DNA from: the human T2T-CHM13v2.0 reference genome, Homo sapiens | Length of the DNA stretch: 64,000 bases | Direction: 5' to 3' (one strand) | NCBI RefSeq assembly: GCF_009914755.1 | Contig: NC_060941.1 | Part shown: positions 10,379 to 22,540 of the stretch, one piece after another | Layout: each line of letters opens with the position of its first letter | Numbering within the stretch: the stretch's first letter is position 1 | The notes under the pieces: model-generated | The model's input: the letters and a program-made list of their open reading frames with translations, nothing else | The model's database searches: none | What the model was told of the DNA's origin: nothing | Made by a program: the position numbers and the translations under genes

Positions 10379-12507
10379 GGCAGAGCAGGGCTGTGTGAGG
10401 CTGAGGACTGACATTCTGGGCTCCAACTCTCTCTTCTGCTCAGTTTCCAGGGGTCCTGGGACAGGTGTCTTTGTCAGTTTTTGGCTCTGAGAAATGAGGG
10501 AGTGGGGCATGAACTTGACCTTGTTGATGCTCTCTGTGTGGTAAAACCACGCAGAGAGGAACGTCAACAGAAGTGGGGGTTTCCAAGCCTGTATGACACC
10601 ATCTGGGCAGGTCTGGGGTGCCCAGCCCTGGCAGAGATGCCAGGAGCTGTGGCAGCACCCTCACCAGTCTGGTAGCTGGCCAGTTTCGAGGCCGCCAGCT
10701 ACTGGGAGCACATGCAGACCGGGCTCTCTGGCCTTTAATTCTTGTGATTCTGTTCCTTGCAGGCTTTGAGCTGCTTGGAGCAGGGGCTGGAGCAGCCATG
10801 ACCCGCTGGAAGTCCCTCAAGGCCCCTGGGCCACACAAATCCAGCCCCTGTCAGCTGGTGGCCTCACGCCGGCGTCTGAGTGCCCCGGCCCTGGCTGCCT
10901 CCTTCTGGAGGGTCCAGGAATCTGGGGCTGAGCCCCTTTCCCAGCACAGCCTCAGGGGTCCCCCCTGCCGCCAGCTCCCTACTTCCAGGCCCAGGCAGAA
11001 GCAGTGTCCACCATTCCGGCCCTGCGTCCCAGCTCCTCAGCGTCATGGTGAGGTGGTCAGCCACAGCGGTGTTGGGGAAGGACGGCAGAGTAAGGAAAGG
11101 CATCCCTGCAGAGCTTGGGGGCCCATGGTGGGGGACGGCGCTAGAGGTGGTTTAAAACTCAACTCTCCTGCTTAATGGCTGTGTGGCCTGGGGGAAGTCA
11201 CTTAACTTCTCTGAACCTGGATGGTGGCTGCACCCCCGGGTTGTTGAGAGGACGATCTGAGGGCAGCTGTTGATGGATCTGTCCCCCAAGGCGCCCAGGA
11301 CCCCGCCTGCTCTCCCTGTGTCTCTCTCAGGCGGCAGTTGCTGTGTGCTGCTCGGACCAGCGGGCTCGGGGCTAAGCAACCAGGCAGCCCCTGGGAGTGT
11401 TCCACAGCCTGGCCGGGCAGGCGGCTCCACCATCACCTGTTGCTCAGGTGTTTGGAGCAGAGCTCAGAGGCCGCGCCTGCTCCGAGGCCCAGACTAGTGT
11501 GGACGTGGCCAGAAGCTGGGTCACACAGACCGGGGCTGAGTCCTGGCATTGCTGCCTCCTGCCTATGGGACTGGGACAAGTCCATTCTGGCTTCTGGGCC
11601 TCCAGGTCCTTGTTTGTAAAGCAGGGTGGCCCACCCCTCCCTGGAGGGCTTGAGAGGCCTGCAGAAGGCTGTGTGCAGCGCCTGGTTCACAGTGGTGCCA
11701 TCCCCCCAGGATGTTCTCTTGGGGCCTCAGTGTCTTCGTAACTGAGTAATGTGGCTGCAGGTGTGCTAAGGGAGAAGGCTTTGTCTAGCTCTGAGGTTAT
11801 GGTGTGACTGGACTGGGACTGGGGGTGCTGGGTCCCTGTGGGCGGGGAGGGGTGGGCCTGTCCAGCTCCTCCGTCGGGGCTAATGCTGGAAGGCCCAGGT
11901 CTCCCTGCTTCCAGCCTAGCCCAGCCAAGGCAGGCTGCCATCCAGATGTGGCTGTGGGCCAGGCGGTGCCATAGCCCCTAGCTTGCAGATGCCCTAGCCT
12001 GTCACTGACAGGCCGGTGTGGGGCCTTTAGTGGGGGCAGCACAGCCTGTGTGTCCCGGGGGTGGGCACATCAGTGGCTGAGAGCAGGCTTTGTTCTGGCT
12101 GGCATGGATGCCCTGCTGCGGGGCCTGTCTTGGGGTGCCTGAATGTGCAGTAGGCTGGCCTGGAGCCAGGTGCTGCCTGCAGTGAGCTGAGGGTGGTGCT
12201 GGGAACAGGTGACACCCCTGAGCACTGCCCAGGTGCCAGGGTAGCAGCCTTGCAATCTTCCTTAGAGATGCGGGAAGCAGGGGCTGGGGAGGGCCCTCGG
12301 CTGAGGTCAGCCAGGGAGCAGCCCATGTCTGGGTGCCAGATCTTACCCTCTTTGGCACTGCTGGTGACCAAGAAGCTGCAAGCATGGCATGTGGGTGTCA
12401 GGAGGGTGGTGGGACCCAGCTTGGGGTGTTCAAAGTGGGTGGCGACAGGGGTGGCAGGCCGCATTCTAGGCCCTGGGAAGGACAACAAGAAGCAAAAGAG
12501 AAAACGT

Positions 12508-12881
<374 letters not shown>

Positions 12882-13650
12882 TTATTGTTATTGCTGCCGC
12901 CATTGTGCCCTTAGAAAGGGCAGTGCTGTGGATATAGCAGGGATGGGACATGGGTCTTCCTGGGGCACAAGGAGGCCTCTGGTGCCAAGGTGGCGAGGCA
13001 GTGGCAGGATGTCTTGCGGGAGGGTGTCCAGGGTGGGTTTGAGGGACAGCCTGGTGCCAGGGGCTGTGGCTGGATGGGGAGTCCGCTGGAGGAGGCTGGG
13101 AGGTGAAGTCCGAGGGGTCAGGAGCTTCCCTGTGCAGGTTCTGCATGTCCTGGGGGGCCTCTGACATTGAGCAAGGGAGGGATAGGCACCGACTCAGCTT
13201 CCACAGGCCCTCTGTGGCTGCCATGGAGACTGGGGGGCCATCGGCAGAGGCAGAGAGGCTGGCAAGTTGTGCCCCGAACTGGCTGGGCAGGCACTGTTAG
13301 ATTCAGGCCTTGAGGGTGGGAGAAGGGGTCGGATCCTAAATAGACTCTTCAGAGCCCTCAGTGTGGGAGTGAGGTGTGGAGCTGAGGTTTTTGGCTGGAG
13401 CTGCTGGGGGCCCGAAGGGGGTGGCCACTCGCACTGGGAAGGCGGAGTGGGGAGCTGGCTTAGGCAAGACCAGAGCATGATTGTGGGTCAATCAGGGTGG
13501 AAGCGTCCTCCAGTCACGTCTGGGGGCCCTGGGATGGGGGTAGAGGAGCCTGGAGCCACCAGCCCAGCCAGACATGCTGTCCTCTCTGTTCCAGGAGCCG
13601 CCCTGCCTGGAGCTAGCCTGGGGGTGAGCCAGGGTCCCCCAACCCCCGGG

Positions 13651-14952
13651 ATGACCGCGGCCAGCCGGGCCAACCCCTACAGCATCGTGTCATTGGAGGA
13701 GGACGGGCTGCACCTGGTCACCATGTCGGGCGCCAACGGCTTCGGCAACGGCAAGGTGCACACGCGGCGCAGGTGCCGCAACCGCTTCGTCAAGAAGAAT
13801 GGCCAGTGCAACATTGCGTTCGCCAACATGGACGAGAAGTCACAGCGCTACCTGGCTGACATGTTCACCACCTGTGTGGACATCCGCTGGCGCTACATGC
13901 TGCTCATCTTCTCGCTGGCCTTCCTTGCCTCCTGGCTGCTGTTCGGCGTCATCTTCTGGGTCATCGCGGTGGCACACGGTGACCTGGAGCCGGCTGAGGG
14001 CCACGGCCGCACACCCTGTGTGATGCAGGTGCACGGCTTCATGGCGGCCTTCCTCTTCTCCATCGAGACGCAGACCACCATCGGCTACGGGCTGCGCTGT
14101 GTGACGGAGGAGTGCCTGGTGGCCGTCTTCATGGTGGTGGCCCAGTCCATCGTGGGCTGCATCATCGACTCCTTCATGATTGGTGCCATCATGGCCAAGA
14201 TGGCAAGGCCCAAGAAGCGGGCACACACGCTGCTGTTCAGCCACAACGCCGTGGTGGCCCTGCGTGACGGCAAGCTCTGCCTCATGTGGCGTGTGGGCAA
14301 CCTGCGCAAGAGCCACATTGTGGAGGCCCATGTGCGCGCGCAGCTCATCAAGCCGCGGGTCACCGAGGAGGGCGAGTACATCCCGCTGGACCAGATCGAC
14401 ATCGATGTGGGCTTCGACAAGGGCCTGGACCGCATCTTTCTGGTGTCGCCCATCACCATCTTGCATGAAATTGACGAGGCCAGCCCGCTCTTCGGCATCA
14501 GCCGGCAGGACCTGGAGACGGACGACTTTGAGATCGTGGTCATCCTGGAAGGCATGGTGGAGGCCACAGCCATGACCACCCAGGCCCGCAGCTCCTACCT
14601 GGCCAATGAGATCCTGTGGGGTCACCGCTTTGAGCCCGTGCTCTTCGAGGAGAAGAACCAGTACAAGATTGACTACTCGCACTTCCACAAGACCTATGAG
14701 GTGCCCTCTACGCCCCGCTGCAGTGCGAAGGATCTGGTAGAGAACAAGTTCCTGCTGCCCAGTGCCAACTCCTTCTGCTATGAGAACGAGCTGGCCTTCC
14801 TGAGCCGTGACGAGGAGGATGAGGCGGACGGAGACCAGGACGGCCGAAGCCGGGATGGCCTCAGCCCCCAGGCCAGGCATGACTTTGACAGACTCCAGGC
14901 TGGCGGCGGGGTCCTGGAGCAGCGGCCCTACAGACGGGGGTCAGAGATCTGA
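13651..14952 (+). CDS. KCNJ18: Inward-rectifier potassium channel Kir2.6 (KCNJ12/Kir2.2 paralog), 433 aa, single coding exon
   Basis: ATG at 13651 (cccgggATGa) to TGA at 14952 gives [13 protein letters not shown]...RRGSEI. Contains the TIGYG selectivity filter (143-147), M1/M2 helices, D173/E225/E300 rectification residues, the [11 protein letters not shown]2 linker, the FCYENE ER-export motif and a C-terminal SEI PDZ ligand. L15, A56, V100, H118, L156 and G430 differ from Kir2.2 (S, E, I, R, P, E) as recalled for Kir2.6. Family call is certain; paralog call is slightly less so. Confidence 0.9.
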   Translation: MTAASRANPYSIVSLEEDGLHLVTMSGANGFGNGKVHTRRRCRNRFVKKNGQCNIAFANMDEKSQRYLADMFTTCVDIRWRYMLLIFSLAFLASWLLFGVIFWVIAVAHGDLEPAEGHGRTPCVMQVHGFMAAFLFSIETQTTIGYGLRCVTEECLVAVFMVVAQSIVGCIIDSFMIGAIMAKMARPKKRAHTLLFSHNAVVALRDGKLCLMWRVGNLRKSHIVEAHVRAQLIKPRVTEEGEYIPLDQIDIDVGFDKGLDRIFLVSPITILHEIDEASPLFGISRQDLETDDFEIVVILEGMVEATAMTTQARSSYLANEILWGHRFEPVLFEEKNQYKIDYSHFHKTYEVPSTPRCSAKDLVENKFLLPSANSFCYENELAFLSRDEEDEADGDQDGRSRDGLSPQARHDFDRLQAGGGVLEQRPYRRGSEI

Positions 14953-15654
14953 GCCAACCTTGGCCGACATGCAGCATCCACCCCTGGCCGGGGAGAGGCC
15001 CCGCGGTCGCTCAGGGGCCCTGGGTTTGAGCAGAACGGGCCCAGTGCCCTGGGTTGCAGACTCAGTAGCGTTTTAGTCGTTTTATGTTTCTTTGCAAAGG
15101 CCTCAGAAGGTTGGCCGGAGAGGGGGCAGCCAGAGCGGCAGCCCCCGGCCTCAGAGGCTATCACAGGCTCAGGGCAAAGAAGTGGCCTCCTGGGGGGCCA
15201 GGCCACGGGGGCCAGGGCTTCTGCCTGAAGATGGAGCTGCAGCCTGCGGGGAAGCAGCCCAGCTCGATGGTGGGCCCAGCCTCTGCTGTCCAAGGCTGGC
15301 TAGCTGCGGTGCTCCTTGCTGGTTTTTAACTTGGGGAGAAACACCGGGTTTCAGCTTTCTCGACCTTAGCTTGGGTGAGACTGTTTACAAAAAAAAAAAA
15401 AACCATGCAATTGGAGAAAAAAATTTTAATTCATAGGGGGCAAAAAGAACAATTAGAATTCCATGGGTCTGCCAGGATGCAGCAGCTGGCTGGAGGCTCC
15501 AGAGGGTTCCCCGAGGTGGGACCGGCCTCTCCCCGTGTATGTGGGCACTGCAGTCCCTGGGCAAGCAGGGTGCTCTGGGGCCGCACTTTGTCGAGCTCAC
15601 GAGCCAGCTAGGCTCTGTTTGTGATAGAAAAATCAAGACCATGTTAATGATTGT

Positions 15655-15660
15655 AATAAA
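15655..15660 (+). terminator. Polyadenylation signal AATAAA with downstream U/GU-rich element
   Basis: ttgtAATAAAagctttctgctgtctttggggtg, with a TGTA upstream motif directly adjacent; ~700 nt after the stop codon. Confidence 0.65.
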
Positions 15661-18569
15661 AGCTTTCTGCTGTCTTTGGGGTGCTGGGTGGGTCTGGGAA
15701 GAAAGTGGTTTGAGCTTTTAGAGTTTGCCTTTGTACCTTAGAGATGTGTCTCAGGGCCAGGCATGGGACCTGCCATCGAGGGTTCCTCCTCCCACCCTCG
15801 ATTTTCCTGTTTTGCTTCTTTCTCCATTTCTGTCCAGGCCTCCGCCCAATTCCACAGTGAGGGGTGGTTAGGAGCCATAGGCCAGGATGCCTCCTTGGGA
15901 AGGGAAGTCAGGATCCCAGGCTAGGAGGAAGCTGGCAGCCCCGTCCCCACTGGGCCCACAGTGTGAGTCGTGCGTTAGAGACTCCGTGTTGTCCTGTTCT
16001 TTCTGGGCTCGCTCATCTCCCTGCAACCCTGTCCCACCCCACCTCGCCCATACCTCCGCTGCTGAAGTTCCTCCAGCCCCTCTGTCTGCCTTGTGAATGT
16101 GGCAGGGGCCAGGTCTGCCTGACATAGGACCACATCCTGTCCCTCCCTCACCTGGAGCAGCACAGCAGAGTTCAGGCAGGGCACAGCCAGGCCCTGGTCA
16201 ACGCTGAATGGCAGAGGAAAGATCTTAGGAAAGGAGAGGAATCACTACCCCCTCCTGCCAACTGGGATGACCGGAGGTGAGCGTGTGCGTCCGGCTCTTG
16301 TGTAGGAGGCTGTGTGTGTGCCCATGTGAACCCATGTACTTGAGTGTGTGTCTGTGTGCAGCCTATGCCTGCTGCTCAGAGCATGGTGGCCACCCCCTGA
16401 GCCTCTGCTGGTGCTGTGCTGCCCGGTCCCCACCCAGAGGGTCCTGGGGGGTGGGGAGGAGCCACTGTTGGGAGGCCCCTGTATAGGGTGTCTGCCCTGC
16501 GTGAGGTCATAGAATGTCAAATTACTTTAAATGGTGAAACTGGAGAATTTTCATGTTATTTTCAATGCACAGCAGTATCTAAAGACATAGGCGATGAGAC
16601 TAGATCACATTAAGTGCATTTTGATCTCTTTGAGGTCCCCTGTGTCGAGATGTGTTTTCTGAAGGTCCCCTGCATGGCTCCACAGCGTGCTGGGCATCCA
16701 CCCGGCTTCCTCAGCCTCCGCCTTGGGTGGGGGTTTCCTGGGGCTTCCTCATGGGTGAGGGTGGGGCATGGTGGCAGTTGTTGGGAGACGGAACAGAGCT
16801 CACCCTCCTTGCAGCTCCCAGTGGTCTCCAGCAAGCACACAGGGCTTGTCCCATGATGTCACCTCTCCCAGGTGGCAGGGCCGAGCCTCCTGCCTTCCCT
16901 TCCTTCTGCAAGGATGTGCTGGGTGCCTGCAGTTGCAGCAGTGCCCTCCCCAGCTGGGGGAGGCTGACCTGAGACAGGCAACTCCTTTCCCAGGAGGGGA
17001 AGCCCTGCTCCAGCTTGTAGCAGGCAGGGGCCGAGGAAGAGTTTCAGAGCGTGCCAATGTCTCCACTGAGGTGACGAGACAAGCCTGGAGTGGGGTGAGG
17101 GAACACACACGGCCCAGTTTTGGGAAACTAGACTTTCATCTGTACCTTGAGGCTCAGCCCCAGATCTCCAAGGTCTTCAGCAGGGACTTGTGGGGAGAGA
17201 ATTCCTTCCCTTCCCAAACTATGTGAGTGGAGAGTTCTCCACTCCTCTGCATCAGCAAAGGACTCAGGGCACCCTCTTTCTGCAGGATTTCGATGATGAT
17301 TCCAGACAATCATGGATAAGAATCCCCTGCCCGAGTCATTCCTGGGTGATGGTGCCGTGCATGGCAGAATGTGGAGCAGGGGTTTGGGTGCCAGGGCCTA
17401 GGGGGTCATGAAGGCTTCCCAATGGGAGCTCCCTTGGGTTGGACTTGGGGTGACCCGGGGACCCTGGAGGTGGCTTGGTTTGGTGGGGACCTCCTTTCTG
17501 ACTCTGGGGCCCTCCTAGGACCCCAGTAGCAGGATCTAAGCCAACTGGGGCCAAAACACGGTGGCATCTGTCTCCACTGCACTCAAGCCCTCCGGGCCAT
17601 TCCCATGGCACTGACTGGTAGGCATGAGGCCCTGGCCCCAGTTGGTGCTCAACAAATGCTTATCGTAGAGTCTCCAGGTGCGCTGTCCTGGCTGCACTAA
17701 TGCCGCATAGGGCCCTGGGTCAGAATGCAGGCCACTCATTTGCTGGGGGACCTCCTGTGAATTCCTTTCCCCCTCCAGCCTCGGTCTCCTGATCTGCAAA
17801 AAGGGAGTGTTCATAAGAATGGCCAGCTCACAGGTTTGTTGGAAAGGAGGAGAAAGAACCCTGACATAGTGAGTGCTCCTCAGTGCCTGCCTTCTGCTAA
17901 GTCAGATTGCACTGGCACTGCCCGCCCTCCTGAGGGGCACCCGGAGGTGCTGCTCTGGCTCAAGGTCACAGCAAGGAACACATAGCCCAGGCCTAACCCC
18001 AGGTCTGCGTGACTTCCATGCACTTCCCTGCCTCTCCAGGGATGATGTGAGCCCAATCCAGAATCTGCTTTAAAACAGGTAGAGCTGGGATGGGGGTGGA
18101 GAGCTTGTGAGTGTTCACTGAGCGCCTGCGAGCTTGATGTTTGAGGTCTGTCAGGCCCCACCCTTGATCTTGGGCTGGCCCCTGTCAGCAGGCCTCAGAG
18201 GCACTGCTAACCTATTTTAGAGGAGGTTGGTCGAGGGAAGCTAAGGGACTTGCTCGAGGCCCCCACAGTTCCTCAAGCTGGGATCTAAGCCAGGCCCTGG
18301 ACCCTTCGGTCAGTTGACCCAGATGCTGCCACCCTGCTGGCCACTGGACACCACAGGGCCTCTGCCTGCTGGTGACCAGGGCTGGGCTGCGGTCTCTGCC
18401 AGTGGAGGGGTGCCCCAGCTGGGGCTTGCCCTGGACTCATCTCCACTTTTCCCTTCCTAAAACCGGTCTGCAGGGAGGACCCCCACAACTTGGGAGGAAT
18501 CACAGCCCAGATCAGAGCTGCCTGTGTGCTCCCCAACAGTAGTGGGGCCGCCAAGGACACGTCGGACCC

Positions 18570-19095
18570 CCTTCAGCCCACTCTCCACCCAGCACCAGAG
18601 TGGTCTTCTTACAACCAGAATCAGGCCTTGCAGCCCCCTGTCTGAAACACCCCCTGGCTTCTCCCTAACACTGGCAATAAAATCCCAGCTGCTCCCTGCC
18701 CGTTCACCTCTGCAAGCCCGCGCCATGCAGCCCAACCTTCCCTGCTCTCCCTCCTGCTCCTGACCCTCTGCTGCAGGCACCCTGTCCCTTGGGTTTCCTG
18801 ACATTCCACATGTCCCCTTACCCCAGGACCTTTGCGCGTGCCTTCCCTCTGCCTGACACTTTCCCCTCAGGTCTTAGCAGACCCAGCTCCTCAATTTTCG
18901 AGTCTAGGCCTTTCTGGACCCAGTGCGAGGGATGGCAGATGCTCCCTCTGGAGGCAGTCATCACCCCCAGGCTTGCTGTCTGCTGTCCTCACCAGGCTGC
19001 GAGCTCTGTGGGGCAGGGACTGCCATCTCGGTCCCCGCTGGTGCCCAGTGCCAGGAGCAGGGCATGGAGGAGCTCCATGTGTGCTTGGATGGGGG
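18570..19095 (+). mobile_element. Degraded L2 fragments
   Basis: ctctccacccagcaccagagtggtcttctt..., ccaggacctttgcgcgtgccttccctctgcctg and the L2 3' motif cccagtgcc..gcagggcatgg. Confidence 0.5.
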
Positions 19096-21939
19096 GTGTG
19101 GGCCCTGCAGGCGTCTCTCCCACACAGAGGGCTCTACAGGTCTTGCCACCTGAGGCCCCCTTTTTGCTGACCCAGCCAGGATGGGGCCCAGCCACCAGCC
19201 ACACCCAGGGGAGAGCAGCCCAGCCTGGGGTAACTGGAACCGGGAACCAGGAACAGAGCGGACAAGGGCTTTTGTGCTGAAGGCGATTTGAGCCCAAGGA
19301 AGGCTCTGGGTACTCCACCCGCTTTCCTCCTCGGTGCTGCCAAGAAAACATAGAAGGCGGCTCCCCTTTCACCCACAGCTGGACTGGGACCTGGATGGCC
19401 TGGCTTCTGGACTCTGCCCTTAAGTGTTTATGACTGGCCAACTCTGGGCCTCAGTTGCCTTCTATGGAACAAGAACTCCATTCATTCCTTCAGACAAGTG
19501 TTTATGAGCTGCCACTGTGAGCATCAGGGGCCAGGTGGGAAGGAAGCCAGGCCCAGCAGATGGTGAACAAGAGTCTGGGCCTGAGTCCTCTACAAGCGGG
19601 GATTCTGCTGCAGGGGAAGGATAGGGGAGAGGGGAGCAGCCTAGGCAGGAAGGAGCTGAGGAAGGATATGGGTGCCACTGGAGCCCATCACTGTCTGGCA
19701 CTCCTAGGAGTGTGAAGAGGGGCAAGGGGTTGTCCTCCTTAGGTGAGGGGGGTGGGGCGGCGGTGGCAGCTATTGCGCTCATTGGTCACTCCTTGCTTGC
19801 AGCCACCCTGGGAGAGGAGGTGGCTCCTATGGATCCAGGACTATTCTCCAGAGGAGGGTGGCAGGGAGATGGGCACTCCTCCCAGGAACCGGATCTGGGT
19901 GGCCCCAACCATGTCCACTGCAGCAAGGAGCTACAGAGCAGCGTGGTCCCAGGATCCAGCGGGACACATGCAGGGGCTGCGTCCGGAGGCACGGAGGCCT
20001 GGCTGGAGGGACCGGGGACCTCCCAAAGGAAGTGACACTTCCTCTGGGATCTGTGGGATGACTGGGTGTTTGCCAGGCACACAGGGAAGTGCTTCCCAGG
20101 GAGAGGGACAGGCACAACCAAAGGCCTTGCAGTGGGAGACAGAAGAAGGAAGATGCTTGGCTGGGGTGGGCGGGTCACCGAGAGCCCAAGGACTCTGTGC
20201 AGGGCCCAGCCTCAGTCTTGTTCTCAGCCCCTCCCCGGCCTCCACCATAGCCACAGCATGGCTGCATTGCCCAACCCAGAATATCAGCCCTTGGGAGCAG
20301 GACTTTTTTGTTCTGCTTTGTTCGTAGCTGGGTCCCAGCCCCCAGAACTGCAAGCACTGGCACCCAGTAGGCTCTCAGTAAATCCTTAGCTGCTTCAAGA
20401 TGTAAAAGGACCTTCAAGCCAGAGTTGGTGCAGTGTGGGCCTGTCCCTGGGGTGCCTGGGACCCTGCTGCAGGGCAGGGTAGGGTGGTAACCACCAGTGA
20501 CCAGGAGCAGGAAGGGATAGGGTCCACAAGGGGTCCCAGGGGCTCCTCTGCACAGCTAATGCCAGAGGTGCTGGGGGGTGGGCCACACAAGCAACCCCAG
20601 CCTCAAATTAGGGACCCACCGACCAGGATCCACTGTGCTGTCAGAATAACATTTCGAAAGGCAAAAAATAAAACACACTGAGTTTCAAAGGAAATCTGTT
20701 TTATTGAAATGCAGTTATCAAAATATGAACAGATACATTGGTGGTATACTAATGGCTCTATTTCCTCACGGACCTGCTAATGGCCTCTGCCTCCCTGGCT
20801 GGTGAGCACAGCCCCTCCCAAGGGGGCCAGCAATGTCACAGGGCATGGGAATGCCTCCTGATCTGTGGGCGACAGGATAGTAGGCACTGGGCACTGCTCA
20901 CCCTTGTCTGTCAAGGAAGAAATTGCAAAACTTCTCTGAGAGTGAGACGAAGTTGAGATTGAATGCTTCTCATTTCCCAGTGCACGTGCCCTGAGGCTTA
21001 TCCCCAGACCCTGAGGGAGTTCAGGCCACAGGGGCTGGGCTGGGCCAGAGTAATTTCTTGAACCCAGTGCTGAATCTCAGAGTCAGAGCACTCCTGCCCG
21101 CCCCAACCCCCAGCCCCCAAGTCTGCTCGACCTGAGGGAGGATGGGGTGCTCCCTACGGAACACCAGGACAGTTCAAGGGTCTTCGCCCTGCACTTGTTT
21201 GGAGGCTGCAATGGTGGGTCGTGACTTTCACTTCATGGCTGTTAGAGGGCACTCCCTTTGCACTTAGCCCAGAAGCCGTAAACACTATGAATGCCATGGA
21301 CAAGTGAATAGCAGGGAATGAAAGCTAGGGGTCCTCTTAGGCATGACCCTATGCCAGTCCTGGAGCCACCCAGAGAGGACATCTGAGGACTCTGAAGACC
21401 TTGGCTGCACTAACTTCTCTGTGCCTGTTCTCTCCTCTGTAAAATGGGGCTGATGATCATAAAGCCACAGGTAAAAGTAGGCAACCGCCTGTGGCAGCAC
21501 CTGGCACAGGGGCACTGCCTGAGCACCAGCTTTCCTCTCTAGCTGCCTTATCTGGGGTACAAGCATCCCAGGCGGGGCAACCCTGGACTGGTGCTCTGTG
21601 GCTGGAGGAGAAAGGGAAGGCCAGTGGGGCTGGGCCAGTTAGAGCCGGGGAGGAGGAATGGGCTGGGGCTGGGGCTGGGATCTGCTGACTCCAGTGTGAT
21701 AGAAGCAAGAAAGACCCCTGACATGTTTGACTTTTCAGGATCATTCCTGTTGCCATGTAGGAAGCAGGCCAGGGAGGAGGGCCCTGGGACTGGGCTGAGT
21801 GTGCAGCCCAAAAAGTGGCCCGAGGAAACATCGCGGCATCCAGGCTGGTCTGTGGACTTGGGTGGGAGCAGCCAGGCAGATGGGGAGGACTAAGGAGGAG
21901 AAGCTTGCGGAGAGTGATGGCCTCTCTGGATGCTTTAAA

Positions 21940-22540
21940 ATGCAAACAAAGGCACAGCCACTTTGGAGGTTGGTTTGCAGTTTCTTGATAAAGTTAAACG
22001 TACACTTGTCAGACGGTCCTGCCGTTTGTTAACTAGGTACTACTGAAGAGAAATGAGACTCATGTTCACACAAAAACTTGTAAGTGGATGTTTATAGCAG
22101 TGTTACTAGTAATCGCCCAAACAAGGAAGTGGCCCACACGTGCCTCACCTGGTGAGGGGACAAGCAAGCCGTGGCCCACCCCGAGATGGAAGCGTCCCGA
22201 GCAGGGAGAAAGGATATTGACACCTGGCACCATAAATGTGTCCCAAAGGAAGCGGCTGAGTGGAAGGAGCCAGGCCCCGCCACTTCCTGCTGTGGGTCCC
22301 ACATGTGTCCATGGAAGCTGTGAATGGAGTAGGGGATGGAGAACACATCCGCAGCTGCCAGGGGCTGAGGGTGGAGGCGTGGTTACCATGAGGGAAAGGA
22401 GGCAGTTTTGGGGCTTGGTGTCTTGAACATGGCTACACGGATATGTGCACTTTGTCAAAACTCACAGGACGGTGCACAGCAAAGGATGAGTATAGGTACA
22501 TTACACCTTAAATTTTTTTTAAAGTGGGGAAAGAAAAAGA
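21940..22540 (+). mobile_element. Old L1 (L1MC/ME-like) 3' fragment
   Basis: agccactttggagg..tttgcagtttcttgataaagttaaac...atgttcacacaaaaacttgta..gatgtttatagcag. Confidence 0.7.

Larger units (their letters stand above)
13595..15680 (+). other. KCNJ18: Exon 3 (56 nt 5'UTR + CDS + 3'UTR; 3' end approximate)
   Basis: Acceptor gtcctctctgttccag|GAG at 13594/13595 and AATAAA at 15655. The coding part is CpG-rich. Confidence 0.75.

Noticed and set aside
13840-14880. 346-aa antisense ORF overlapping the channel CDS
   Set aside because: Shadow ORF expected from the high GC3 codon bias of the sense gene; no recognisable domain.
13267-14952. 561-aa ORF as the true protein
   Set aside because: It begins at a TTG inside intron 2. 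The Kir2 homology begins at ATG 13651, and a splice acceptor lies at 13594.
13651-14952. Calling the gene KCNJ12
   Set aside because: Six Kir2.6-type residues are present, together with the DR4 and first-exon arrangement recalled for KCNJ18. KCNJ17 cannot be fully excluded without alignment but fits less well.
18676-18681. AATAAA as a distal poly(A) signal
   Set aside because: It lies within L2-like sequence and lacks a clear GU/U-rich downstream element; unsupported.
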